NCBI RefSeq assembly: GCF_003704095.1
Contig: NW_020844031.1
Span: forward strand, 434,001-498,000
From: Pocillopora damicornis
Lineage: Eukaryota
Direction: 5' to 3'
Length of the DNA: 64,000 nt
Shown: positions 1 through 12,900 of the stretch, piece by piece
Layout of the letters: the number at the start of each line of letters is the position of its first letter
Numbering within the stretch: the first letter of the stretch is position 1
Notes under the pieces: generated by a model
The model's database searches: none
Told to the model about the DNA's origin: nothing
The model's input: only the letters and a program-made list of their open reading frames with translations
Made by a program: the position numbers and the translations under genes

Positions 1-56
1 AGCTAAGTTTTTTATTTTGGCTTATTTAAGTCATGTTCGTTTGATTTTCTCCTCAG

Positions 57-2573
57 TGATATTATGAGTCAAAAAGTAGTTTGCTTCAAATCAGTAGAGA
101 AGGTAAGTTCGATTATTTCTCCACAGCTCACCGCTTTAGCTTGGATTTACATCCTACGAGCGAAACATGTTCAATTATCCACCTTCTTCCCTAACATTTC
201 CCAGTCTGTGGGTTACTCCAACATGGATTTAGTTTGTGCTCATTTTTGAAAGTTCGTCTTAATTAATCTTGGAACTTGGCCTGAGAAATTTTTCTCCCCT
301 CTGTCAAGCCCATTTCCGAACTGCCTCTTGTTTTTATTACATTTGGAAAGTGTTTCGTCACAGTAAGTAGTTCAGTTATGGAACGGCCTAACCTTTGCGA
401 GAAAAATAATGCGCTCGCGGTTTTTTTAGGTAACCTCCACGAATTTCTTGTAAATCTCAAGGAAGTTTTATCATAGGCCCTGTATAAGCCTTGTATTAGC
501 TTCTGCCTTTTACTAAAAGAGTGACTGATTCCCGACGATGAAGTGGAAAGCTTTCGGTTATTAAAGGATGTCTACCTCAACTCTCTCTCTCTCTCTGAGG
601 TTGTCTGAGGTAATTTTGAGGCGTTTAACTTAACCAGTTTTCATCTTGTCAGGTTGGACGAATAGTTGACGTATTGAAAGACACAAGCTCTCACCACAAT
701 GGGTTTCCTGTAGTTGATTTCCTTGAATTAAGAGAAGGAGAGGTATGCTTATTTGAGCTGTTTTTATGCTTTGTTTAATTCAGGTAAAAGACACTTTTCC
801 ATCGCTTTGTTCTTTCGTTTCAGGAATCCAGTAATGCAGACAGAGACACGGCCCCGTTCGGGACTTTCCGCGGCTTAATACTTAGATCCCAGCTTATTAT
901 TCTTCTTAAACAAAAGGTAAGAAAATGAAGCACATAAATGTCTAGAAGGATACAAAATTAGAGATCCCAGAAATTAATAAAGTGTTCCAAAGGAAGATCA
1001 TTCTGTTGAGAAGCGTCGAAGGGAAGAGCTCGAGGTTGAACTTTCGGATTTGATTCACGACAACCTGACACTTGATCGGGAGCTTTGTCATTTTGCGCAA
1101 CAAGCAAAATTGTGGCAAGAGCTTGAGAATGAGACCTCTTTTCTGGCTTTGTCAGTCGATAATGACTCGGCACGTACTCAGCAAATATCGGAAAGCGTCG
1201 AAAATATCAGCTTGGTTAACGATGACTCGTTTGTTCTTGTAAATGAAGAACTGAATCGCCAAAGCAGTGCTGTGTCGGATCAAAGCGAGGTTGAAGTTTT
1301 AAATCCATCGCTTTTTCTCATTCTATTTAATTTCTTCCTTTTAGATATTCTCTGAGAATAGTCGCCAAGGGAAAAAACATAACTTGATGTTGCAAGATTT
1401 CAGAGACGCTTATCCGCGATTTCCTCCCATCCGAGTGAGTATGGGTTCGAGTGAAGATGTTGAGTTTATCTCTCTTGCTTAAAGGTTCTTCAGACGTACC
1501 TACTTAACTCGAACCATTGGCAAGCTTATAAAGAATTTTGCGTCCAAACCAAACATAAGTGTTGGAAATTAATTTTTTGTTCCCATGATGCTTCTGTGGC
1601 TCATCGTGCTAGCGACTTGAATTTAACAAAGCTGTTCACATAAAATAGAGGATCTCTTTTTGGATTTATATTTTTGTTTGTTTTTGTTTTGTTTTGTTTT
1701 GTTATGGGTTTTTTTATCATTTCGTGTATTGGCGTCTTAGGCATTGCGGTTTGAGGGATCACTGATAAAGATTTCTCAAAAATATGATATAATTTCATTT
1801 CTCCTCGTGATTGTTCAATTGATGCGTAGTTGCTTTTTTTTTGCAGAATGTCAGTATATCAAAGAAAGAGAGAGACTGCTACATGGATCTTAGACCGTTT
1901 ATGAACCCAAGTCCCTACACAGTGCATGAAGTGAGCTCTATTTTCCTAAATACCGTCGTAGTTTTCAGAACATTTGCTGTGTAAAGCCGATATGAAATGT
2001 AAACTACGGTCAAGCCTCATAACGTCCTTACTCTTTTATTTCAGAATGTATCCCTTTCGCGTGTTTTCAAGTTATTCAGAGCTCTGGGACTCAGGCATAT
2101 TGTTGTGGTAAATGAAAACAATGAGGTGAGTAGGGTCTGGAAACTAGCTAAATGTCGGGGTCGTGAAATTGTTTCTGCTCACGCGGCCTTGGTGCATTTA
2201 CATGTTGGAGCGAGTTCCTTTAAGTCCTTTGTGTAGTGATTAAACAAATTATCGGCGTGATTCGTCTGGCACATTTCGAACTGAGCTGGGTAGTCCTGAT
2301 AGTTGAAAGCGTATGCGGTTAGATGTGAAAGCATCTCGTGGCGCGACAGTAAACAAAGGAGTTACCAGATGACCAAAAATCGCTTAATTCTCAACACTTA
2401 ATTGTCGAATCTTATTCACGATATCTTGACTGACTTTACGCTCTCTGTTACAGGTTGTTGGTATAGTAACGAGAAAAGACATCGCTCGTTTTCGAATGTG
2501 GAGTCATCGTGGTCAGATTGGCCTAGAGGAAGTTCACATTTTAGAAGAAAACTCCATACACGATTCTTTTTAA
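57..2573 (+). CDS. CLCN7: H+/Cl- exchange transporter 7 (ClC-7), last 7 coding exons covering the CBS domains; 5' part lies outside the window
   Basis: GT-AG exons 57-102, 653-742, 824-916, 1345-1434, 1847-1930, 2045-2125 and 2454-2573 splice in frame to DIMSQKVVCFKSVEK/VGRIVDVLKDTSSHHNGFPVV.../GLILRSQLIILLKQK/...DFRDAYPRFPPIR/...MDLRPFMNPSPYTVHE/NVSLSRVFKLFRALGLRHIVVV.../VVGIVTRKDIARFR...DSF*, matching the ClC-7 CBS1/CBS2 signature. Confidence 0.95.
999..1311 (+). pseudogene. Inverted partial duplicate (313 bp) of the CDR2-like terminal exon, inside CLCN7 intron 917-1344
   Basis: Aligns without gaps to the reverse complement of 5933-6245 with 18 substitutions by manual count (~94% identity); no ATG start or splice context of its own. 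Confidence 0.9.
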
Positions 2574-3113
2574 TCCATTCACTTAAGAACGCAATAGATC
2601 TCAAACCGACCTTGGGTACTTAAAATTGGAATAAGTCTAAAAAAGCTTCTTATGGTGGCTTGACTAATTGTCCAATCTACCAAGACGCCGTTCTCGGTGA
2701 GCGAAAACGAAGCTGTAGAAAGTTGTTTCCATGAATCGAGAAATTTGAAAAAACTGCCGGGCTATGTAGTGAGGTGTTGACTATCGTCAATGAGCGTGAT
2801 ATATTTAGTAATTGAATTCTTAGGGGTCTATTTAATATAATTGCGATTAAATTGTCAAAATAAATGAGAGGTTGATCCAGGGCGCCGTATTGAATCGCGA
2901 AAGTTAGAAAATACTCAGAGGGAGTATTTTCACCAATTTTTTTTAAGAGACGGAGTGCAGGGAGAAGTCTGGGGAAGGGATAGGTTTTCGTCGCCTCTCC
3001 CACCCGTCCCTCGTCTACTATGTTGAGTTGTTACGTCACCCAAGGCCTTTCACGTCTTTTTTTTTACTAATATCAGACACGACCCGTTTTTTCGATACTT
3101 TTTTGACGAAAAG

Positions 3114-3119
3114 AATAAA
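3114..3119 (+). terminator. Candidate poly(A) signal of CLCN7
   Basis: AATAAA about 540 nt after the CLCN7 stop; opposite-strand signals (TTTATT at 3183 and 3221) lie just beyond and may serve the CDR2-like gene. Other AATAAA copies exist nearby. Confidence 0.35.
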
Positions 3120-5582
3120 TGAGGTATAAAAAGTTATAAACAGAAATTTCAACTAGGCTCTGAGATATTTCGTGAAAGAAAATTTATTGACAGGTAGATT
3201 TGAAAGTCACATTTGATATATTTATTTTTTTATTTGGAAACAGAACATAAATAAAATTTATAAATATATACATATATATTAGAACAAAAATATAGAATAA
3301 CACTCTGTTATGGTAACCACTTTAAGAGACCAAACGGTTAAATAAAGTTAGAAATACGGTTTTAGATTGGGAGCAAAATTATCTTGTCATAATCATCACG
3401 AGCATAACCACATTATATCTTTGCTGTGATAGGTCGATAGGCATGCAAACTAATTTGTACGGACAAGTTCTTAATTTACTTTTTCATTCAATAGCTCGTC
3501 ACTGGTAGTGACTGGAAATTATTAAAACAGCAAATATTTTTGAAAAAAATCTTAGTTATTCCTTTAAAGGTTGACATTTTTTAATGCCGTTCTGGCTTTC
3601 TTACAATTTTCAATATTCTAGCTTCCTAAGGAAAAGACTCGACTCCTGAAAAGCGCGGTAACTTGTAAGCAGACGGCTGCTATTATTCGTGACCGTTTTT
3701 TTTTTAAGTTGAGGGGGTTTATCACACACCCTCCACCCCCGATCACACAAGAGGAGGTATTTTTATGTTCTCGGGTGACTGTAGGATAATCAACGAGTTT
3801 TTGTACTAAACTCAGTTACGCGATCGACGCTTACACTGAGAAATTGTCATCTTAAGAGATCTTGAGCACACGTTAATCCTGTTAAATACTAGATATTATT
3901 TACACTCTTGCTTTAATAGAGAGAAGAGAAAAAGGAAACCATTAAATCGAGTCGTCGAAAAAGTTTTTGTGTTTTGCTTTGAAGGAAAATTTTATTTTTC
4001 ACTAAGACACTTTTGAGTACTCTGAATCAACTTAGGACTTTTTGTTGAAGTCCTTAAACCAGGCCAAATTTCCCTCAACTGTGATTGGCCCAATCTGATC
4101 ACATGTGGCGCTTGATTACGAATCACCGCCGTAATGGGAAGAAGATAAGTTTCCTGGTCTCGGCTAAGAAGAATGACATAAGTTGCTTTAAGCGTTGGAA
4201 ATGTGCTCCAATCAGTTCACCGTCTGATTATGTTCCTTAATATTTCCTATTACACTTGAATTATATTCGAATATGCAAATTAATATTTTCCAGACAAGAA
4301 TCCTATCATTTATATTAATTGGTTTGTACTAGCTGTGATTTCCTTGTTTGTTATTTTTTATCGCAATCTCCATTGTTAAGGTCAGCGATTTCAAGAGATC
4401 TTTGACGTTATGAATAGTGCGCTCACAAAACGATTTTTTAAACAAAAGAATTCAATTTAATGAGAAAATAATTAACTGTGCCAACAAAACAACACAATGG
4501 CCATAAAACCAACAATGATGTCTGCATGTAAAACTAGGATTTCAAATTCATTATGTTGTTTGATCATTCGTCACGAAAACTCAAGTTTGCTCTGCGATAC
4601 TTCTTATGTTGGTTTTGAAATCTTGGCCTGACCTTCTGGAGCTGACAAGTCGCTTCAAACTTTGCCGGAAAGTCTACAGGTATCAATTTCTCTTTCAAGT
4701 TTATTTAAAGTAACGAAACTGGGCGGTAATTGTACTAAAATAATCACTCCTGCTCGGCAAATTTAGCAAAACATTCATGTTACGTTAGTTTATAGATCTT
4801 ACTTGTTCAGAATTGCAAAAACATTTTGTACACCAAGAAATCAGATACTGTTTGGTATCTGTATTAATTTGGGGTTAAAATTGACTTGCTAGGCAAACGC
4901 TTCGCTTTCGTCCAGAACACAAGACCAAATCACTGTGTCTAAATGTATTTGCCAGAATTCGAAATCTTACAGAGCATGATAAAATTTTATCAAGAAAGTT
5001 CCTTACGATTGCCATGGTTTCCTACTTGCCGATATGAAGTCACTCAAAAATCTGAGTCTTTAGAAGGCCACTGAAGAGTGCGCTATAGGTATCAAGACAA
5101 GAAATTAAATTTCTAAACGAACACGTTGAAATGTTAGCTCTCCCAGGGAGGGGAGGATGGGACCACCTTGACAGCGTTCCCTGCCCACTATAAGCCATTA
5201 ACTTGCGATCTTCGAGACAATGGCAAACAAGAAAAAAAATTAATTAGCTTATTGTCCCTAAATTAGAAACTTCGTGGTCTGATATATCAATTTAACTTAT
5301 GGTATATACAGTTGAATTAAATTTTAAACTTTCGCTACAACGAAATTTAGGGAGTTTAGGTAGTTGCACCTTAAAGCTTTATCCGGAAGCATACATCCTT
5401 TTTCCTGTAAAATAGATCATGCATGGTAAGATGTTTTTCCGAGCTAAGTGATTTTCGGCACGAGTAAATGAAATCGTGTAAATGAAATCTCACCACGCAA
5501 AGATACCCGTTCCACTCCTTATTTGCACCGTCTTTTAACTTGTGGGAAAGCCAAGCTCCAGAGCAGTTTTCGACATTTCACA

Positions 5583-8500
5583 TCACTCCTTAGATTCGCT
5601 TCTGTCTGCCGGTTTAAAAGTTTTGGATTCCTCTATTTTGGAGTAGATTTGTGCGAAGAGTTGCTTGTATTCCCTTCCGTTCCCTGATAAGCTGTTTTGC
5701 CGTGAAATATTTTGTGAACCTATTTCTTCAAATCGAACGTCGGGTTTCTCGTCCAGTGGCGAAGTTTGAATCGCACGCTGTACTGTCGGAATCGGAGCTA
5801 TATCTTGAACGATTCCTTCGCTTTTGCATCTCTCAACCAGAGAGTCGTATTTCCTAACAAGCTCGTGATATTGGCTTCCAAGCTCTGACAAAAACGATGT
5901 GCTGTTCTCTTTGAGAGGAGACTTCGCCTCATGCGACGGACTTAAAACTTCAACCTCGCTTTGATCCGACATAGCGCTGCTTTGGCGATTCAGTTCTTCA
6001 TCTATAAGAACAAACGAGTCATCGTCATCCAAGCTGATATTTTCGACGCTTTCCGATATTTGCCGATTATGTGCCGAGTCATTATCGACTGACAAAGCCA
6101 GACAAGAGGTCTCGTTCTCAAGCTCTTGCCACAATTTTGCTTGTTGCGCAAAATGACAAAGCTCTCGATCAAGTGTCTGGTTTTCATGAATCAAATCCGA
6201 AAGTTCAATCTCGAGCTCTTCCCTTCGACGCTTCTCAACAGAATGTTGTCTTTTTAACTTCATAATCCTATCGTTGAGAATTTCAATATCTTTCTTAAAA
6301 CTTAAAACTGCCTCGTCTTTTTCGGTGTGATCAGACTCGTTGTCGCTGCCTAACTCGTACCCATTCTCCTTCTGAGTAAGTTTGAGAGACAGACTGTTGG
6401 CCATCTCCCTCTGAAGTCTCATTCTTTCTATTTGGAGTTCTTCTAACTGCACCCTGTACTCATCGCACTTATTTTCCAAGGAGTCCACGGTTTGCACAAG
6501 CGTTTGGTAGCGTTTTCTCATAACCGCAGTCTCACTTTGTAATTCCTTGTTAGTATTCTGTAGTTCCAAAGCAGTGGATTCCATTTGTTCACAAGCCTTC
6601 ACTTGACCATCATGCAATTCCCGCAGTGTTTCCAGTTGTTTGGAAAGAAACTGAAGATTTCAAAACAGTTACATATATTATGAGCGCGCATTGATTATTA
6701 TAAGAAAATATTAATTACCACTTTTAACCATTTACACAAATTAAGTAATTGTAGAAAAATCTGTCTTCTCCCCTAAGTAGCGTATACATACGGGATAGTC
6801 TTTAGAGTGTCACGCAACGCTTGGGGGGAAGGGGGGTGACTTCCCTAGGAGAGGTACGGGACAGAGTCGCTAAGTCGCCTGCGCTTGCTCTAGCTTCCCT
6901 AGTATGAAGCGCCAACCAAGAGTACTAATATTCCGCTTAGGTGTACTTCAAACGGGGTGAGTTGAAGTTACAAGCTCGCAATCGTTTATTTGACCAGGCA
7001 TGTTTGATTCAGAGTTGACGTGCACGGTGGGGTGAGGGGGAGTGACCTATTTCCTCTCCTCTCCTAAATTTTGACCGTCGCTCCCCCGCTTAGCATAGAT
7101 TTCTTTCCTTTCCAGTCTTACGCGGAGGTAAAAATCAAAATGGCCTTTAATTTTTTTCGGAAATTTTATCAACTTAATTCAAAGGTTCGAGCGAATAAAT
7201 CCGTTCGAATTTTGGGTGGCTAAACTGTCTTTCTCTAGTCAGTTACTTCTTTTCTTTTCTCTCTCTGCTTCCCTCCTCTTAGATTAGAAACGCGTTCAAT
7301 CTATGCGATTACTGTATATTGAGCCAGTAAGAATATAATCTGAGAGATAGAAGAACGTGATCAAGAATGAAAAACAAACAAATTTCATCGCTAAAAGCAT
7401 ATGGAATATTTCAGTTTCTTTACCTCATTTTTAATGGACTGCTCCTCGAGATAGTGATGTGACGACTTCAACATTACTTCCAGTTCTTTGTTTCGTTCCA
7501 GAAGATTTTTGCCGATCTCAGCCGCCAGCTCGAGATCTATAATATGGCCAAGGTAAAAAAATAAAACGTTCCTTCAGTGATATTGGTTGCAATGTAGGGT
7601 ACAAAGATAGCTTCATTTTGTCACGCTTGAGCAACGATTACAAGATGAACGATTACTTAGCGCGCATTAGTTCTGAAGAAGTCAGTAATCGTGAAGATCA
7701 ATGATAAATCATAAAACAGTAAATCTAAATCTCATTTTGCAGTTTTACGAATAACATTTCAACGGTAATAAACTCCGTTCCTGTTTTCTTTGATCAATAA
7801 CAAGAGAGATGAACGTTTTCTTAAAGCGGGAGAGGCCAGCATCAACTACGATTTTCACAACACTTCCATAAGTCTACCATTACTTTTTGTTGGTCGAGAC
7901 TAGAGTTGGATAGGAAGCGAAAGGAATCGGAAGGCGACTTAACCAGGCGATAACGAACAAATTAAGTAGGATTTTTCTGTTAAAGTGCTAAAAGCTGGAA
8001 AGAGAGCAGATATTGATGTTGCTCTGAGCTATACAACTGAACATTCATAGCGCTCCAAGCACAAAAAGGGGTTTACATAACCAAAGCTTCCAACCTACCC
8101 GCTTTATGCCATCTATTATCACACAAAGGGTAAGATTCACAAAACACCGATGGATGTTCAGATTCCATGACAAAAGATGCTTTCACAATTAACTTGTTAC
8201 CAAGACTAAAAGTTCATGCAACTTAGTTTGAGCATTAGCGTTGTTTGACCAATGAGATTTCACTTCTGGTAAATAACTGAATAATGGCAGAGAAAGTTTG
8301 TTTGCTGAATGAATGTAATATTGAAACAAGTCTTTCGACCTAATCAGTGATAAACTCTTTGTGAGTGATAAAATTTCCCGTGATTTTTTGGCGGATCAAT
8401 ATGGAATCTCTAACAATTCGCAATTTAACACCGTTTTGCGAAACAAAAACTTATGTGATTAAAAGTAATCTTATACGTAGCTTATTCACATACTGTTGCT

Positions 8501-9334
8501 GTTCATGTTATTGTTTTTCCTTTCCTTTCCTTTGGTGGAACAAGTTTTTAATGTGTGTCGCCTATGTTCGTATTTATCACTATTGCCTTGGTATCGCTTT
8601 CCAACTTTCCCCACAAAGCGGAAGTGACGCAATTTTCTTGCGCAGCGGAAGCGAAATGTTTGGGTGTTGCTGAAAAAGTCTACAAGTTTGCCTAATAACC
8701 CGCGGAAAATAAATTAACTGACCCACCGGCAAAGATAATCTGTTTTCTTAGAAACATTCTCGACGGCATAACAGTTTTATCCGATGACGATGTTGATTTA
8801 AATATAAATCACCAAATCCTTGAGTGGCTTTTACATGATATGGTGACAATAAAATTATATTCGAACTTTGTGTTGAAATATTCTTAGATAAAAGACATGA
8901 TTGACTGACTACCCTCATTCAAGATCGCCTTGAAAATGCATAGAAACACAGAAATCAAATAATATCACTGGGTTAAAAATGTCTTGAATTTGTATGAATC
9001 TCGAATCAAATTTCACACAGAATCAGACAAAAACCTTTTGATCAATCAACTTGTTCAATACACTCGCGATCGCATTTTAATAGTGGAATGTCTGTACTCA
9101 AAAAAATCGACAGGATACATGCTACTTTTTTTTTTTCGTTAGGGTCACTTGCAATTATTCTTGAGGTAGTGAAAGGAAACATTTTTCACGGCAGAATGCA
9201 CTAAACGGCGAGAAAGACACAGCGATACTAAGGACATAATCTCACTCACCAGTACAGCAATGTGATCCGCGATCTTTCTGCTCCATACTATCGCTGATGT
9301 ATTCCAAATTATAAAGCGACGAATTCACCTCCAT
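5583..9334 (-). CDS. CDR2L: Cerebellar degeneration-related protein 2 / CDR2-like coiled-coil protein
   Basis: Exons 9334-9250, 7536-7424 and 6650-5583 are phase-consistent: MEVNSSLYNLEY...CCT/DLELAAEIGKNLLERNKELE...KNE/FLSKQLETLRELHDGQVKACEQME...; DLxLAAExGKxLLxRN (CC1-box) plus C-terminal EYKQLFAQIYSKI match the CDR2/CDR2L family. Probably co-ortholog of both vertebrate genes. Confidence 0.85.
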
Positions 9335-9700
9335 GGACGCGATTCCAAATATTGTCTAAAAATTTGCCATATCGGTTTCTCGCCCAAATAATATCGCAAT
9401 CCCGCCCGAAAAATCGCGCTTCTCGTCGGCGAAAGAAACCCAAACCAGAACAGATTGCCGGGAATGTAAATATCAACCACTCATGCGAACGAGGCCGGCT
9501 GTGCCACGTAAGGTCTAGTGTCGTCATTTGCATATCACAGACGCTGACCTGCGAGAAACATATCATCATACACCACGATTGGGAGGCATCGCTCATTCAA
9601 ACAGCCAATCAAATGCAGCGAATAGGGAACAAACTGACATGTTTTGACCTTTTTCAAGAGGCAGATGTGTATGTCACATCTTCCGATATCTTCAGGATTA
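9335..9700 (-). promoter_or_regulatory. CpG-rich 5' UTR/promoter region of the CDR2-like gene
   Basis: High CpG density upstream of ATG 9334; octamer ATTTGCAT at 9526-9533, CCAAT near 9605, ACGT core near 9505. Confidence 0.4.
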
Positions 9701-10307
9701 TACATTTTTAAAAACAATGTTTGCTTGATAAAATATGCATACAACCCGCTGATTTACTTACAATTTAGTTATACGGTAACCGCGGTCAATTTTTTTTTCT
9801 GACATGGATCGCTGAAGGTTGATTTTTACCACAGCAGGTGACTTTTGTACAGGGAAAGAAATTTCAAATTCATATTTCATGTACCGGCAAAGATTGAGAG
9901 GAAAAAAAACATTTGGGGGGGGGGGAATTGTTGGGCATAAAGGTTCGGCAAAGCTTCCCGTGTCGAAAATGATTCGAAAATATGGTGTAGGGTGGGGGGA
10001 GGGGTCGGGAGGCTGAGGATGCGAATATCAGACCTGTACCTGAGGCACTACTTTAGTTAGCACAGACGGGTCCGTGGGTCAAAGCCGCGTTGGTTTAGAG
10101 GGGAAGAGGGGATTGGGGAATAGTCAATATAATATTAGTCAAAGGAAAACGAAGAACAATGGATCATAGTATAAGGATCGAGGAATGTGAAGTTGAAAAT
10201 AAAGAGGCAGGAAGACCAAAGGAACGGAGGAAGGGGAACGGGGAATGACGCAAACTGCTGAAGCCAAATAAGGGAGTGTCTCGTCCCTATCCAGAAATGA
10301 TGGCAAG

Positions 10308-10329
10308 CAGGAGCCCATTTGGGCTCCTG
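10308..10329. repeat. GC-rich palindrome CAGGAGCCCA-TT-TGGGCTCCTG (copy 1)
   Basis: Perfect 10-bp stem; near-identical copy at 12618-12640. Confidence 0.7.
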
Positions 10330-10464
10330 TAGCCAGCGAAAATCTGTATTTATGTGACTTTGCACTTCTTTCGTATTAGCCACGGTGGCCCTTCAGTCAG
10401 ATGTTAATTAAAATGTCAACGAAGTCAGTAAGCTTTGCTGTCTTGACTGGCTGGTGTCTTCGCT

Positions 10465-10545
10465 TTCGTTTTTTTTTTTTTTGTTTGTTTTTTTGTTTTT
10501 GTTTTTTCTTTTGTTTTTGTTTTTTTGTTTTTTCTTTCTTTTTGC
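10465..10545. repeat. T-rich low-complexity tract (TTTTG/TTTTC)n
   Basis: Directly visible; source of the spurious poly-Lys and poly-Phe ORFs. Confidence 0.85.
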
Positions 10546-12617
10546 CAATTTTGTGTTCAATGTTCGAGAAAATAAAACAAAACTCGGTCCTAGTCTTCTT
10601 TTGTCGGATACTCTTGAACAATGACCAAATACTGGTTATGTAATACTCAAACAACTTGCGCTACGCCTTGCACGTAGGTCGGAAATCGGTCAGCAGTCAT
10701 TTATCAAATTCTGAGACTTTTTCAACATCCGCTTACTTAAACAGCCACACAGTACCATTGACGAGTTTCCTGACTGATCTCAGAATCGCCGGAAATGATT
10801 GATTTCGTACGAACGTAAACTGTCCATTGTATACAACGCTTTCTATTCCATTTTCATTACTAGTGTATGTTTTGTATGCAGTATTCTTTTGTAAAAAAAA
10901 TTCAAATCTAAAGGGTAGCTTAGCAGAACTCAATAAATGATGAAGCTTTTATGACATTTCGCTATTCTAATTGGCTGTTGAAACTTTCGAAGTGAGATTA
11001 AAATTTGCCTTTTTTCGGTGTCCACCATCTGCTTTGAGATTTTCCTCTTTTGAAAGATTTAATTGCAAATCGAAGCTGACAAATTTTTAAGTTTAAATGG
11101 AAAGTTAGCTTGAATTTCTTGACTAGGAGATTCCTCGATAAACACAACTCAAATGATCGATTTCAGGAGAGTTCATTTCCTCAGGATGCATAATCGAAGG
11201 TAAATTAAAATATACGAATTAAAATGACATAATGTTATAATTTAAAAGTCGTATCGTGCAAGGAGAAATATACTTTTTAAAAGCCGCTAATTTCAGTTAC
11301 GTCACAGTAAAATTATTAATACTTTTATATCTGTGCTTAGACGATTTTGTCACAAATTTATCCCTCGCATTTAAGATTGAGGTAAGCGTCACGTGTAGTC
11401 AGTTTCGAATTAATCTTTTGCCTGTCAAAATGGAAATGGTTAGAATTGAAGATACAGTCTATAATTTACCAATGGTAAGTTTCTTCAACTAGATGTACGT
11501 GCAAGTATGAAATCCCTGTGTGATTCAGAAAAAAACCATGGTAGGCAAAGCCGTAAGATCACATTTGAGCTGAAAGACTTTTAAAAAGCGCAAGCGAAAG
11601 GACCGTTTTTTTTCTCCATGCAAAAGAAAATGCTTTGGATCAGCGGTGAGCGCGTCATTTTTTTTTCGCGTGGTACGTAGGTAAGTCTGGCAAAAGCTGG
11701 TTGAATTTGTCGAATGTATCTTCATATGTAAATTATCAGCGTGTGGGGCTTGCTCGGTGAAAATAAAGGTCATAACAAAAAAAAGGGGGGAGCTTTAATT
11801 AAACGATGGCACATCAAAAATTTGAAATCTTTCAAGACTGAGAGAAGGTGACTGGTGCAACCACACCGAATTCACGAATGATTTTGTTCTTGGCCCAATT
11901 TCCGCTGGGTTTTTTGAGTCTAACTCGCCAAAATGGTCAGAAAGTGTAAATTGGTGATTTTTCTAAGCGGTTTAGTTTATTTCAGTTTCATGCCTCACAA
12001 AACAACTTAGAGTTTATGTGTAATAATATTTCCCCAAAATTCTAACTTTCGATTGAAATTTTCCTTGTCAAAGAAGTAACATTGCCAATAACACCTGCTG
12101 AGGTTAACTAATGGTCAGGTTTATTGTGATACAAATTAATTTTCACTCTTTTGGCTGAAAGCAGGATGAGTGAAAGGCCATACGAAAAAAAAAAGATTCT
12201 ACATTCATCATTTTTCCAAATCATTCATCCATACTACTATTTACTCCATCAAATGTTTTCTGTTTGTGTTAGCTAACGAGCTCATCACGGTATCGTTTAC
12301 TGAGAGAGCAAATATGTACACAGAATTTGGCTTTCTCCATTTTCTGTGACCTTCTAAACCGCATGAGTCATGAAAATCGATCTGTTGGTGGTGGTAGTAT
12401 TAGAGATGTGCTATCTGTGAAAAGTTATCATTTCGCACCTCACACTCTAGTAAATTAGTAATTTTTTTCCAAAACCGCAAATTAGTCAACACTTTGAATG
12501 TGAACTTAAACTAACCCCAGGTTAGGCGAAGATTTCTTTCACTATGTAATTACCTTTTTTTACAAATTGGAATGTCTTTTTATTCTGTTTCTACCGATGA
12601 GTTAGGTTAAATAACGC

Positions 12618-12640
12618 CAGGAGCCCATTACGGGCTCCTG
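12618..12640. repeat. GC-rich palindrome CAGGAGCCC-ATTAC-GGGCTCCTG (copy 2)
   Basis: Perfect 9-bp stem; same arms as 10308-10329. Confidence 0.7.
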
Positions 12641-12745
12641 ATAGCGCCTGGATCATTTATATTTTCAGCATTAATCCAAATTTTTTCGAATTGATTATAA
12701 GGGTCCTAAAAATAGCGTGTGAAATTGTCAATCGTTATAAATATG

Positions 12746-12900
12746 TATATAAACCCGTTTTCAAAAGCATTGTAATTTGAAAATATCTTTTAAATATACA
12801 TATCTTTTCTTTTCTTGTCACTTTTGGATGGAAAAAGAAAAGGTGTATATATTTCATATATTTATTTTGAAATTGCAACGTATTTGAAAAAGGCTATATA
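12746..12900. repeat. Imperfect AT-rich foldback with ~70-bp arms
   Basis: Left arm TATATAAACCCGTTTTCAAAAGCATTGTAATTTGAAAAT...CTTTTCTTTTC resembles the reverse complement of the right arm GAAAAAGAAAAGG...ATTTTGAAATTGCAACGTATTTGAAAAAGGCTATATA. Confidence 0.6.

Noticed and set aside
1050-1355. 101-aa ORF resembling CDR2 as an independent gene or CLCN7 cassette exon
   Set aside because: Non-ATG start, intronic position, neutral-looking substitutions, and out of frame with the next CLCN7 exon.
10397-10654. Lys/Gln-rich and Phe/Cys-rich ORFs on both strands
   Set aside because: Translation of a T-rich simple repeat.
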